Positions 12,434 to 23,425 of a stretch of 60,000 nucleotides of DNA are shown piece by piece (position 1 is the first letter of the stretch; each line of letters begins with the position of its first letter). This DNA comes from Amphiscolops sp. MND2022. Its lineage: Eukaryota. The notes under the pieces were generated by a model. The model did not search any database, was not told the origin of the DNA, and was given only the letters and a program-made list of their open reading frames with translations. The stretch covers positions 67,210,001 through 67,270,000 of the forward strand of contig OZ076409.1 in NCBI GenBank assembly GCA_964187785.1, given 5' to 3'. The position numbers and the translations under genes are program-made.

Positions 12434-14368
12434 CTGTTTTTAGGAGTCGAAACAGAAAAAAGTTTGGACTACATATGCATCGTCCTATTTTTCTCCGGAA
12501 CTTTCAATGAAAACTTCAAATTTCTCAAAACCTGTCCATACGATTGTTATAAAATTTCGCACATTCTATTCCCAAGGGTACTACTACGTGACATCAAAAT
12601 CGTTTGACTGGGATCTGAGAATCATAGCCAAAATTAGCCCAAATATTACCAAATGACAATAAAGTACGTAATTTGTTTTTTTTTTAAATTTTTTAATCCG
12701 TTTCCGGCTCCTCTACCGCATATGCGGCGCTGGTCTTCTCTTCTTATGAAGCGGAATATGGACTGAGGTTAGCTACAGTTACCCAGTACGTAAAATCTTC
12801 AAACCTCTTGCCAAGATCTTGCATACTTTTAGTCGGCGCCTTTTCCTTTAAGGAAAAAAGCCCGACTATTACAGTGGGCAGTTTTTTTCAGCCTACAATC
12901 TCACTCTGAGTGGTCTACTTTTCTTACAATTTTCATGAGCCATGAATTCTTGCTTGCGAAGTACTTTTACTTTTTCAAAAGCTTGCGAAGTATTGTTAAT
13001 TTTTTTTTCATAAAAGGGTCCCCAATTCACCAATACTTTGACATTTTGAAGTCCTTTTGTTGTTTTTGAGCCGTAGATATGGCGCCGACTTGGGCCGTTC
13101 CCGGCTTGTTTGTCGGTACTTCAAGTGAAACGCGACCATACTAGTGACTTTTTTCAATCCACAAGAACTTACCAAAATAATTCCAGCGTAACATACAATA
13201 ACGTGCGAGAGTACAAAAGCCCCATTTTCAGTTTTTGCGGCATTGTGATACTTTTTGTCGAGAAACTTTTAATGTGTCCAAAAGGTCACCCTTTCATTTT
13301 TTTGATGGATGTTACAAAATTCCCATGGGGTCCCCTCAACGTGCACGCTAGCGGACCCCCGTCGCGCCAGTTTGGTCACCCTTTGGATTTTTCGGGTACT
13401 GGGTGATAGCTTGATGACCAGGATGTGATAGCTTGATTGGTAGCGTGAATAGCTGCATATTTGGTACGCCGTTCTAGTTGGTTACAGTTTTTGTTGATTT
13501 TCATTCACATTTTTAGCTTTTCTCTTGAAACATCGTCCATATTTTTGACGCCCTTTTTGAGAATTTTGGATTTTTAACAAGGTTTTTACGAAAGTTTCAG
13601 ATTTTTGTTAAGAATTCCAAGATATTTCACTCTGGTTACGGAGCCTACTTTTACCCCCCTCTAATCTGTGGAGTTTTTATTGAATTTTCTCAAGTTGATT
13701 CCGATAAACTAAAAAAAGATTTCTCATGGAAGTTCTAGGAATTTTATAATCTTTACCTCGAAGTTCATTCGCTTTTTGGGAGTCTTTTCGGTATTCGAGG
13801 TGTCCGATTTGTTTCGGAAGTTTTGATGACTGAAGACTTCACTTTTGGTCTTTAGCAGAACCCAAATGTTTTGCGGGCATAAAGGGTCCCCTTAGTTTTG
13901 GTTCTTTAAGGGTTTCTGGAGTCTTAAAGATGGCCTGTCTGGTTATTCGTTGGACCTTTGGGATTAATGAGATTTTCCCTTTTAATAGTGGAGAAGACCC
14001 CCTCGTTGCATCTCTGCAATTTATTTTTTCTTAAGAGTTTCACTGCTTCAAGTTGATTTTCCCGATTTTTTTTCAGTTGGGAAAACGCGTTTTTTTAGCC
14101 TAAAGGGTCTCACCTTTAAGTAATTTCGGCACTGAGATTTTTTCCGACCAAAAATGTTTTCGGAAAAACACAAATTTGGGTTTTGTAATGTTTTTAGACG
14201 ACAAAAGTCTGAAGGCGTTTTTTTGTGAAGTTAAGACGCCAAATTTCCGTAATTCACTAGAAACTTTAGACGGCGCATGTACCATTCTGAAATTTTTACA
14301 CAATTCTTTTTACAAAAAATTCTACCTTTTTCAAAACAAAAACTCTATATTTGTAAGTCTTAGCATGC

Positions 14369-14637
14369 CTGCATGAGAAGTTGTCACACGCTTGTATGAT
14401 GACATCGAGATGGTTCTCAGGGGGGCTCCCAAACGACTCCAGGGTGAACATGTATTCTGACTCCTCACAAATGATGGTCTCCCCTGTCCTGAGCACCTCC
14501 TGTCGTGAGTCACTGTCTTTGGCGTGTTTGAGGGTCAGCTTGTAATGCCTTATTTGGTAGTTGCCGGACCAGTGCCAGAACATCGTGGTCGACAGTTGCA
14601 GCTTGTGGAACCATACTTGCACTGGGGGTTCAATGAC
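14369..14637 (-). CDS. Fibronectin type III-like exon of the host gene
   Basis: Acceptor tttttag|GTC, phase 0 with the previous exon; VIEPPVQVW..MFWHW..YKLTL..VIIQACDNFSC. 3' boundary uncertain. Confidence 0.6.
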
Positions 14638-15382
14638 CTAAAAATATTTAAAAAATTCCGGTTGTTTTTCAGGTATTAGAGATTTTGAACTCTATACTCA
14701 ATTGAGTATATAAAATGATGCTTTGAAATATATTTTTTAAACACTCGAATTTTTGAGATGTTAGAAATTTTCATGGCGCCCAAGGGTTTCAGTTTTTTTA
14801 TAGTAGAAAAAAGTCCTTTAACCAATCCAAAATCAACTTCCCGAGTTGGTAAGATCAAAGCTAAGTCAATTTTCAAATGTGTAGTTCCAATATTTTATTG
14901 GAATAAATCTCTGACTTCTCTTGTTTCGAAAACAAATTTGAAAGTGAAACGGATATTCATTTTTTCCTTTATTTTTTTCTTTATACTTTCCCGGGGAGAA
15001 ATGAGAAGCATGCATACACCCAGGTACACCTTGATTCGAATTCCCCCTTTAGAAAAATCATTTGAGTAATAAACAATTTTATATGGTTGTATATACTTAA
15101 AGGATTGTCTCTACAAATGTTTTGACAATTCCAGCAAAAAATGACCCTAATATTATTGTCCAAAAGCAAAAGTTCACGCTTGGAACAACCTAAAATTGTA
15201 TAAAAAGGATCCTTTTCAAAGCCAATTTTCTCCGTCAGAAAATCTAATTAGCAACTTTTAATTGGCAATCAATGTAAAAGATAGGATTGCTTTCCATACA
15301 TCAGGTTCATCCAGTTCCAATTTGAACAAGATTTTTCACCTATAATGTCGGAATACTTATTTTTTCAAATTTAATATCTCAC

Positions 15383-15608
15383 GTGAGCGAAACTGAACTT
15401 CTTCTGCTGAGTGAGCTGATAAGGTTGGCGGAAGAGACAAGAGATGTTCTGTCCAAATAAGGAATGCGTGTAGAGAACGGTCAGTCGACTGATACTGATG
15501 TAAGGGGTCACTCTATGCATGCTCTCCCGACGCATAGTCCAATTGTGATTGGCTGCCGAGCCCAGTTTGGAGACATCCCAGTGTACGTCACGTTCACTCG
15601 CTGGATTT
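15383..15608 (-). CDS. Ig C2-set-like exon of the host gene
   Basis: NPASERDVHW..ISRLTV..FGQNISCLFRQP..FAH, donor |gtgaga, phase 0 joins the FN3 exon. Confidence 0.6.
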
Positions 15609-15995
15609 CTGAAGTAATGACCCGAAATACTAAAAATAATTTTGACAAGTACATGTATTTAATTGAACAATGATTTCCAAGATACTTCTTAAATAAACGA
15701 GTCCCATGTATTTTCTGTGAGGAATATGTTTAAGCGAATTCGGTTTTATTAATACCCAGTGCAAAAGATCTTGAAACTCTTGCCAAGATCTTGCATATTT
15801 TTACATATTCCCGTTTACTCTTGAAAACCTTCCTAAGACCTTGTTTATTTTTGCTTCATACAAACCTCTTCAATTTCGTGATATGAATCTTGGTGTAAGA
15901 GTCTTATCAAGAGTGTCAAGAAAATGAACAACTTGCAAAAAAAACAATTTTGGTTACAATTATTTTGCTATTGTTCGCACTACCAGCTACACTAT

Positions 15996-16917
15996 TGTAA
16001 CGGCTGCTTGCCCTTATCCTGCGCTGAGGCTTGACAAGCTTTACGCCGCCCTGATCCGTTGCTTAGTGCTGTGGACCGTCACTAAACAATTCCTGGTTTT
16101 CTTGTTTAAAGGACTGTATCTTTTGGCTTGATGGGTCCGATGTGACCCGTGGAATCTCCTGCGATCCCGCTTTTCACTGAATTGGATCCGATGTGATCCT
16201 GCACACACTTCCCTCACAGTATCTTCACGCGCTCCGGCTCTCCAATTATGAGAGTAGCTACTTAGTCGCTCTGACTCTAGCGAAAAGTTGTGAAGATTGA
16301 GAAGTTGATTAATTAGTCTCCCGGTCCTGAGACCCAACTTGACTATAGCTATTCAGTGGAGAAAATCTCTATCTAATAATGGTATACATATGGTTTACAA
16401 TTCTACAGTAAATATAAGCAAATATCAGTTGAAATATGTGGTATAAATAAATGACATTTAAGTGAATTATTAAAGTTATTGGCTATGTAAACAGAGAATG
16501 TGGTGGTTTTGGCATGTTGGTCAGGTGGGCTCAGAAGCATGTTTACACTATGTAAATATCATCAATTGCAACAGAGCTGCATTCTAATGTGGTCAGAAGG
16601 GTAAATAGCAATGTTTACATTTTTGTCTCAATGACCTTGAATACTCCACATGTGAGAGGTAATGGGGGTTATAATGGGGGAATGACCTTGAAACTTAGCC
16701 GGTGTGTCCGTATTATGTACTTGCATATGTGTGCCAAGTTTCAAGTCTCTATGGTTAATAGTTGTAGAGAAAATCCCGACTGGGGGGGGGTTTTTCGATT
16801 TAGCAAGGTGAGGATTTCGTTCAAATTTTCATCTAAGTTTCGAAGAGTTAAGTTCTTGTTTCTCAACCAGCATGTTCCAAATCGACTTCTTCTTCCTTCT
16901 GATGACTGGCGCCAACA
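15996..16917 (-). repeat. 3' LTR of the BEL/Pao element (922 bp)
   Basis: Direct repeat of 21062-21982 with roughly 8 differences seen by eye. Confidence 0.95.
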
Positions 16918-19900
16918 TTGCCGGCCCTGTTTTTCTCCCGAAAAACACTTTCGTAGAACATGGGTGCCAGTTTCACTACTGGTCTTTTGAGTTTGTCATC
17001 GATTGTCGTTGTCGTTTTGAGATCTCCAGGTTCATTGTCATGTTTGACGGTTAATTGCCCTGTTCTTTCTCTGCTGCAACAAAATCCCAAACCATATGCC
17101 TGTTCGCTGACCATAAGGTAGTTTTCGGCAAGTTCACATAACACATCCAAATATTTCCAAAAACAGTTTTGCTCATTTGAAGTCGTGGTTTTCCCAATTA
17201 TTACAAACTTCATCGTCAACGTCTGACATTCTTCGTGTTCAATCAATTGCTTTCTTTTAGAACCTTTAAAAGGTATGATACAACCATGCTTCATTTCATT
17301 TGACTTAGCTCCCATCGACATCCAAAGAATATGTTCCCAGAATAAGTCGAGAACATCTCCAGCCAGTTTCCCAATACCTGCTTTGCTTCGCAATTCATCA
17401 TCAAAATTGACTGACCGCGGGGGAGATATGTCAAACTGATTTCATTCTCTAATATTTCCATAATCTTGATCTGGATCTGCAGTTCTTGAAATGTACTTGA
17501 ATCAACAATTATCATAATTAGTAGATAAAGAGAATTTCCAACATTACGACAGTTGAAGTTCTCCCGTTTGTTTTCGGTGTTCTTTGTGCATCTAAAGAAA
17601 AATTTGCGTTCGGAACTTAGTTGCTGCGCTTCATTTTGCTTCTTCCCTTCTGACACGTCGTATTCCGTGTCTACATCCATGTTTTCTTCCAATAACTGCA
17701 ATGCTTTGGAGTTTCGCTTTCGCTTGTGTTTGTAGAACGTCACCCAGCTTCTCTCACCACAAAACTCCAACTTCTTAGCGTCTGGGTTTCTACGAGGCTC
17801 CACTAGATCATAGGAAACTTCCAATTTTCCAAAAGTCCCATTCTGAGTCCACATTGTCTTGAATGGTGCAGCCGGCCCTTTGCAAGACCCACCGCTCCAA
17901 CTTTCTGTTGTTGGTACTTCCAATGAACACATTTGCGTTCTTGTCACTGATGATTTGTCTATCGGATCAAACCAAACTGTGTCCTTTTGTATTCCATTCT
18001 CGTTCAACTGAGTTCCTTCCGTCATTCCATGAATCAGGTTTGAGAGGGGTTCAATTTTCCAAGCTCTTTTCTTCGGTCGCTTGCGGTGACCTTTGCTCAA
18101 TTGAGTTTCAACAATCCCGTTAGCCTGTGCCACCGCATCCATCCCAGAGTTCCCATTTCCAATCCAAAGGTTCCAAACATTATTCTTACTCGGGATAGTT
18201 TCTTCTACAAGGCTTACTTTGAAGTCAAAATCAAATTTCTTTCCAAAGGTTGCAATCATGGTACGTGTTTCACCTTTGGCAATGCATTCAACGGGTTTGT
18301 CATGTTTCGCTGCAACATGGCATAGCTTTCGATACATTGCTTCTTCACTACAATCATCAAGCAGTGCAAATTGTTGCTCATGCACAAATCCATAACTTTT
18401 GTCGAATTCAAAGCATTTGTTTCCTTCTTCAAGAAGTAGAGTACTGTCATGAAACATCGTCACTTCGAATATGTTCCCTTGTTGTATGTCCTGTTGTACG
18501 GTGAAAACTTCTGCACTCTCTTGCAGCAGCTCCAATTTCACATTCAATTCTTCCGAAGATTGTTTGCTTGATGCGAATGATAAGAATCTATGCTCCTTCC
18601 TTGTTTCCGTCATTGTGTGATTCAATATCTCCTTTGTTTGACTTATCGAATGCTCACTCATGCCCAAGTGAATATCTTCTTCCAAAACCTGTTTGGTATC
18701 CACGAGGAGGGTTTCTGAACGGACGTCTTGCCGACCGTTGTCTACAATGAATGTTTCTGACAATTTCTGTATACATTCCGTTGTGATGAGCTGCGAGGTT
18801 CCTTGGTTTGCAAGTTTCACGTCTGGTTGTGATATTGCTTCTTTTCTGCACGTTCCGTCATCAGCTTGCTCATCGGCTTCTGTTGGAGATTTTGAGTCTC
18901 TCCTAAGCGCGGAGAATTTTCCTTCGTGAACTAATTTCACTGCATTCTCTGATTTCAAATGAACTGATAGTGCAATATTGGACTTAGCGCCGTCTTCGAC
19001 TGTTTCTGTCTCAGCCATGCATCTTGAGTCTTCCGTGAAACTGTCGACTGATGAGACACTTGGGAAGCTAGTCCCCTGACTGCTCGACACTTCCGCTATT
19101 TCTCTTTCTTTTTCAGCTATTCTGGCTTTGCGGGCAAGCTGTTCATGCAAGTCAGCTATTTCCATTTGTATTGCTTCACGCTTCAGTTTCTCGAGTCGGG
19201 TTTGCAGTTCTTATTGCTCTTTCTGAGCTTTTACTTTCAAATAAAGTACTCGTCTAGCAATTGAACTTTTCGAAATCACTGAGCTTCTGTTGCTTCCGGT
19301 TTCAACCAGTTTTGGATGTTTGCCCAGTTCCTCTATTTCCAATTGTCCAGTCTCGCTTCTTTGGCCTTGGACTTCATCCGATTTCTGATCTTCCGCTTTC
19401 TCTAATGCTAGAGGAAACAGTCGATCTCCATTAGACCACTTCGTGCTAACTGTTGGCCTGTTGTCTATCAGGATTGTTACGTCAGACACCTTACTGTTTT
19501 CTTCGAGTAGTGATGTCACATCGTTGATTGAGTTTTCCACTTCAGATATGCTGTCTCTCATACCACAGCAACTTTCTTGTTCCTTGGTCTTTCTTGACCG
19601 TGTCAGTGATTCCTTTTCACTAGCTGTTTCTTTTACACAATTAGGTTTTGCCTGATGGACACGTCTTTGCCTCAACTTTCTTGTGCGAGGGCATCTCATA
19701 GCTGCGTCTGCAGATGTTCCATTTGTCATCTGACTCAGTTTCAACTCTTTTGTCCCATCAATTGGACACTTCAACATTTGCTGCACATCGGGGAACCAAT
19801 ATCCCCAACTCGATTCCAGTTTCGCAAAGCATTCGTCCCATTCAGTCACACTTCGACTGAGCTGTCTTTGCGTTTCTTCATTTGTAAGACTCAACATAAA

Positions 19901-20314
19901 GTCTACACAGAACAGCAACGCCTGTCTTCTCTCGCGGTATTCAATTACCCGATCAATCAATTTGCTTTTGGATACAACAGCTCCTTCCTCATCGAGCTTG
20001 TCATCCAAGTCTTTTACCAATGTATGGAGCTTTTCCACATGTAGGGGTACAATATCCCAATAGAGGCACCACGCGTACCAATCTGACGCATTTTCCAAAT
20101 CTTTCGGTCTGAGCTCCATCAGTTGTTGGCTCTGCTTTGTGTTTCTTCCTTCAAACACAATTGCCATTCGAGGGTGCTGCATCAGTTGCTTTTCTTTCTT
20201 TTTGGCTTTCATTTGTTCATATGACTCTTTTGTTTCACTGAGGGCTTTCGAACTTCGCAATTGTTTCTTGTAGGCTTTTTCACTTATCCCAACTTTGCAA
20301 TTTCTCAGATACAA
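16863..20314 (-). pseudogene. Highly diverged BEL/Pao-derived polyprotein (gag-like coiled coil plus pol remnants)
   Basis: ORFs 19211-20314 and 17291-19165 are in the same frame, separated by one TAA; one frameshift leads to 16863-17393. No RT YxDD or integrase core recognisable. Confidence 0.7.
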
Positions 20315-20559
20315 AGTGTCAACTGCTCAATCCGGTAATCAATCGCCAATTCTTGAAGAGTCAACCCAATACTGTCGATTATACTTCCCTTCTTTGACGA
20401 ACTTGATTTTTTCAGTGGATCGTGTCCCTCTGACTTGATCCCTTTGCTTTACTTGGTGGATTTACTTGCAATGACGTCTTAGACCAGATCTTTGCTTCAA
20501 TCAGGAATACGTTCCCAAAGAATACAATTCGTCTCAAAACTAGAATTGATGCACAAATA

Positions 20560-20880
20560 CCTCCAGAGTGCTGCTAAAGCCCAACTCCCAGAGTACACAA
20601 TAGCCCCAACTCCAGAGTCACTATAGTCCAAACACCCAGAGTCACAATAGCCCAAGCTCACAGAGTCACAGTAGCCCAATCTCCCAGAGACACAGTAACC
20701 CAATCTCCCAGAGACACAGTAGCCCAATCTCTCAGAGACACAGTAGCCCAAAATCCCAGAGACACAGTAGCCCAATCTCTCAGAGACACAGTAGCCCAAT
20801 CTCCCAGAGACACAAAAGAACAATCTCCCAGAGACACAGTAGCCCAATCTCCAAGAGACACAAAGTCAGAGACTCCAAGA
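20560..20880. repeat. 24-bp minisatellite (CCCAATCTCCCAGAGACACAGTAG), about 12 copies, in the BEL leader
   Basis: Tandem units directly visible. Confidence 0.9.
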
Positions 20881-20943
20881 ATCAGACACTTGTTCTTTCT
20901 GGGCAATTTTCTCTGTTGTACACCAACGAGTCGTCTTCTTCTA

Positions 20944-21059
20944 GTCCGGGTCGTCCACCAACGAGTTGTCCGGGTCGTCCACCAACGAGTTGTCCGGGTC
21001 GGCGGACCAACGAGTTGTCCGGGTCGGCGGACCAACTAGTTGTCCGGGTCGGCGGACCA
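20944..21059 (-). promoter_or_regulatory. Tandem array of five primer-binding-site units
   Basis: 3x TGGTCCGCCGACCCGGAC and 2x TGGTGGACGACCCGGAC, separated by AACT(C/A)GT, starting 2 nt from the 5' LTR. Confidence 0.8.
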
Positions 21060-21061
21060 AA

Positions 21062-21982
21062 TGTAACGACTGCTTGCCCTTATCCTGCGCTGAGGCTTGA
21101 CAAGCTTTACGCCGCCCTGATCCGTTGCTTAGTGCTGTGGACCGTCACTAAACAATTCCTGGTTTTCTTGTTTAAAGGACTGTATCTTTTGGCTTGATGG
21201 GTCCGATGTGACCCGTGGAATCTCCTGCGATCCCGCTTTTCACTGAATTGGATCCGATGTGATCCTGCACACACTTCCCTCACAGTATCTTCACGCGCTC
21301 CGGCTCTCCAATTATGAGAGTAGCTACTTAGTCGCTCTGACTCTAGCGAAAAGTTGTGAAGATTGAGAAGTTGATTAATTAGTCTCGCGGTCCTGAGACC
21401 CAACTTGACTATAGCTATTCAGTGGAGAAAATCTCTATCTAATAATGGTATACATATGGTTTACAATTCTACAGTAAATATAAGCAAATATCAGTTGAAA
21501 TATGTGGTATAAATAAATGACATTTAAGTGAATTATTAAAGTTATTGGCTATGCAAACAGAGAATGTGGTGGTTTTGGCATGTTGGTCAGGTGGGCTCAG
21601 AAGCATGTTTACACTATGTAAATATCATCAATTGCAACAGAGCTGCATTCTAATGTGGTCAGAAGGGTAAATAGCAATGTTTACATTTTTGTCTCAATGA
21701 CCTTGAATACTCCACATGTGAGGGGTAATGGGGGTTATAATGGGGGAATGACCTTGAAACTTAGCCGGTGTGTCCGTATTATGTACTTGCATATGTGTGC
21801 CAAGTTTCAAGTCTCTATGGTTAATAGTTGTAGAGAAAATCCCGACTGGGGGGGTTTTTTCGATTTAGCAAGGTGAGGTTTTCGTTCAAATTTTCATCTA
21901 AGTTTCGAAGAGTTAAGTTCTTGTTTCTCTACCAGCATGTTCCAAATCGACTTCTTCTTCCTTCTGATGACTGGCGCCAACA
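21062..21982 (-). repeat. 5' LTR of the BEL/Pao element (921 bp)
   Basis: Direct repeat of 15996-16917; adjacent PBS. Confidence 0.95.
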
Positions 21983-22185
21983 ACTATCATTGTTTGAAGC
22001 GTTGCTTATATGACAACACAAAGTACCATAATTCAGGACGTGATAGCTTGGTTGGTAGCGCGAACGGCTGCTGTATAATAGGTACGCTGATCAAGCCGCA
22101 GTTTACGTCGGATTTTTTGTTTGTTTTCATTCACTTTTGTCGGTTTTTCTCTTGAATTCTTGGTGAGATCTTACATATTGGCAAG

Positions 22186-22385
22186 NNNNNNNNNNNNNNN
22201 NNNNNNNNNNNNNNNNNNNNNNNNNNNNNNNNNNNNNNNNNNNNNNNNNNNNNNNNNNNNNNNNNNNNNNNNNNNNNNNNNNNNNNNNNNNNNNNNNNNN
22301 NNNNNNNNNNNNNNNNNNNNNNNNNNNNNNNNNNNNNNNNNNNNNNNNNNNNNNNNNNNNNNNNNNNNNNNNNNNNNNNNNNNNN
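22186..22385. other. Assembly gap (200 N)
   Basis: Run of N. Confidence 1.
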
Positions 22386-23425
22386 ATGGTTTTGCTTCAC
22401 ATTTTCCCGGTCTTTCGTTTCCCGCATCATGTTTCGTTGACTAAACTTTCCAAGATGTTCTTTGATATAGACCGCCTTCCGCTTTGTTGACCGACGATCA
22501 ACTTCAGCTTGCCTAAGTCGGCAAAGAACCTTCAAGGACTTCGTCTAGTGTTTATCTCCACTTGATATCCACTTGAGAATTTCAAGAGAGGGTGATGAAG
22601 CTTTAAGGCCACGCGCGGCGCATCGCCGCGACAGCCAATGGGAATCGCCCACTCCGTCCGCTTTCCAAAATGGCGGAATTAAAAATAATAATCCAAATAA
22701 GGAAATAATAAAATAACTAAAAATAATGAAATAACTAAAGTAATAAAATAATGAAAATGCATGTTTCGAAATATAACTAATGTGGATTTCTCTGGCAGAT
22801 TCCATCCACAAAATAATTCTCATAATTGTAAAAATATTTGACATCAAATCCAGTTTGCCACGAACTCCAACTTTGCTACTGCAACAGCAATCATTTTCAA
22901 TTCTTCAATTGTCAATTCGTTACATTACTTACATTCGTATTTATCCATTGTTTGTCTAGTATAGCACTTTGTTTACTTTTCCTTTCGTCTTCTCATAACC
23001 CACTAGTGAATCTTCATTTCCATTATCCCTCTTCACGGGCTGTTGGCCTGACGCCGTATTGGTCCCAATCTTCCGCTCTGCCTGGAATCCAACTTCTCCT
23101 GTTCAGTAGGACCATTCCGGGAAGAGTCCTTCACGTCCCCACGATTTGCACCAGCAGTGTGACTGACCGATTTTAGTTGATCACGATTCCCTTCAACCCT
23201 TTGACTACTATCAACAGGTTTCCGTAGGTAAGCTATCTGGTCTTTTCTTTTGAACGGAAATGAGCTTGATCAGGGCTCTTCCTCTCGTTCATTGACTTCC
23301 TGTTTCCTTTATAGATTTTCAACACTTCGTGTTCATATTTCACTTCCGGAAGATTTTAACTGCGGTTATTCTAAGATTCATTGCCAGGAAGGTTACCGCA
23401 AAATTTCAGTCCTTTCTGTTTAGAC

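Larger units (their letters stand above)
15996..21982 (-). mobile_element. Young non-autonomous BEL/Pao LTR retrotransposon
   Basis: Near-identical LTRs with TG...CA ends, 5-bp TSD ACTAT (15991-15995, 21983-21987), PBS TGGTCCGCCGACCCGGA, PPT-like GGGAGAAAAACAGGGCCGGCAA, BEL-type C-terminus LKRPVVKLAP. Confidence 0.93.

Noticed and set aside
16041..16990. ORFs duplicated at 21107-21876
   Set aside because: They lie within the LTRs; the duplication reflects LTR identity, not genes.
20560..21059. CRISPR-like array
   Set aside because: The units are contiguous tandem repeats with no unique spacers, lie inside an LTR element in a eukaryotic genome, and have no cas genes nearby.
20497..21197. Repetitive ORFs (GYCVSGRL, DWATVSLG, TTRTTRWW)
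   Set aside because: Translations of the minisatellite and the PBS array.
22121..22535. ORFs spanning the N run as a second cargo gene
   Set aside because: Their length is inflated by the gap; the ~50 real codons show no recognisable motif.
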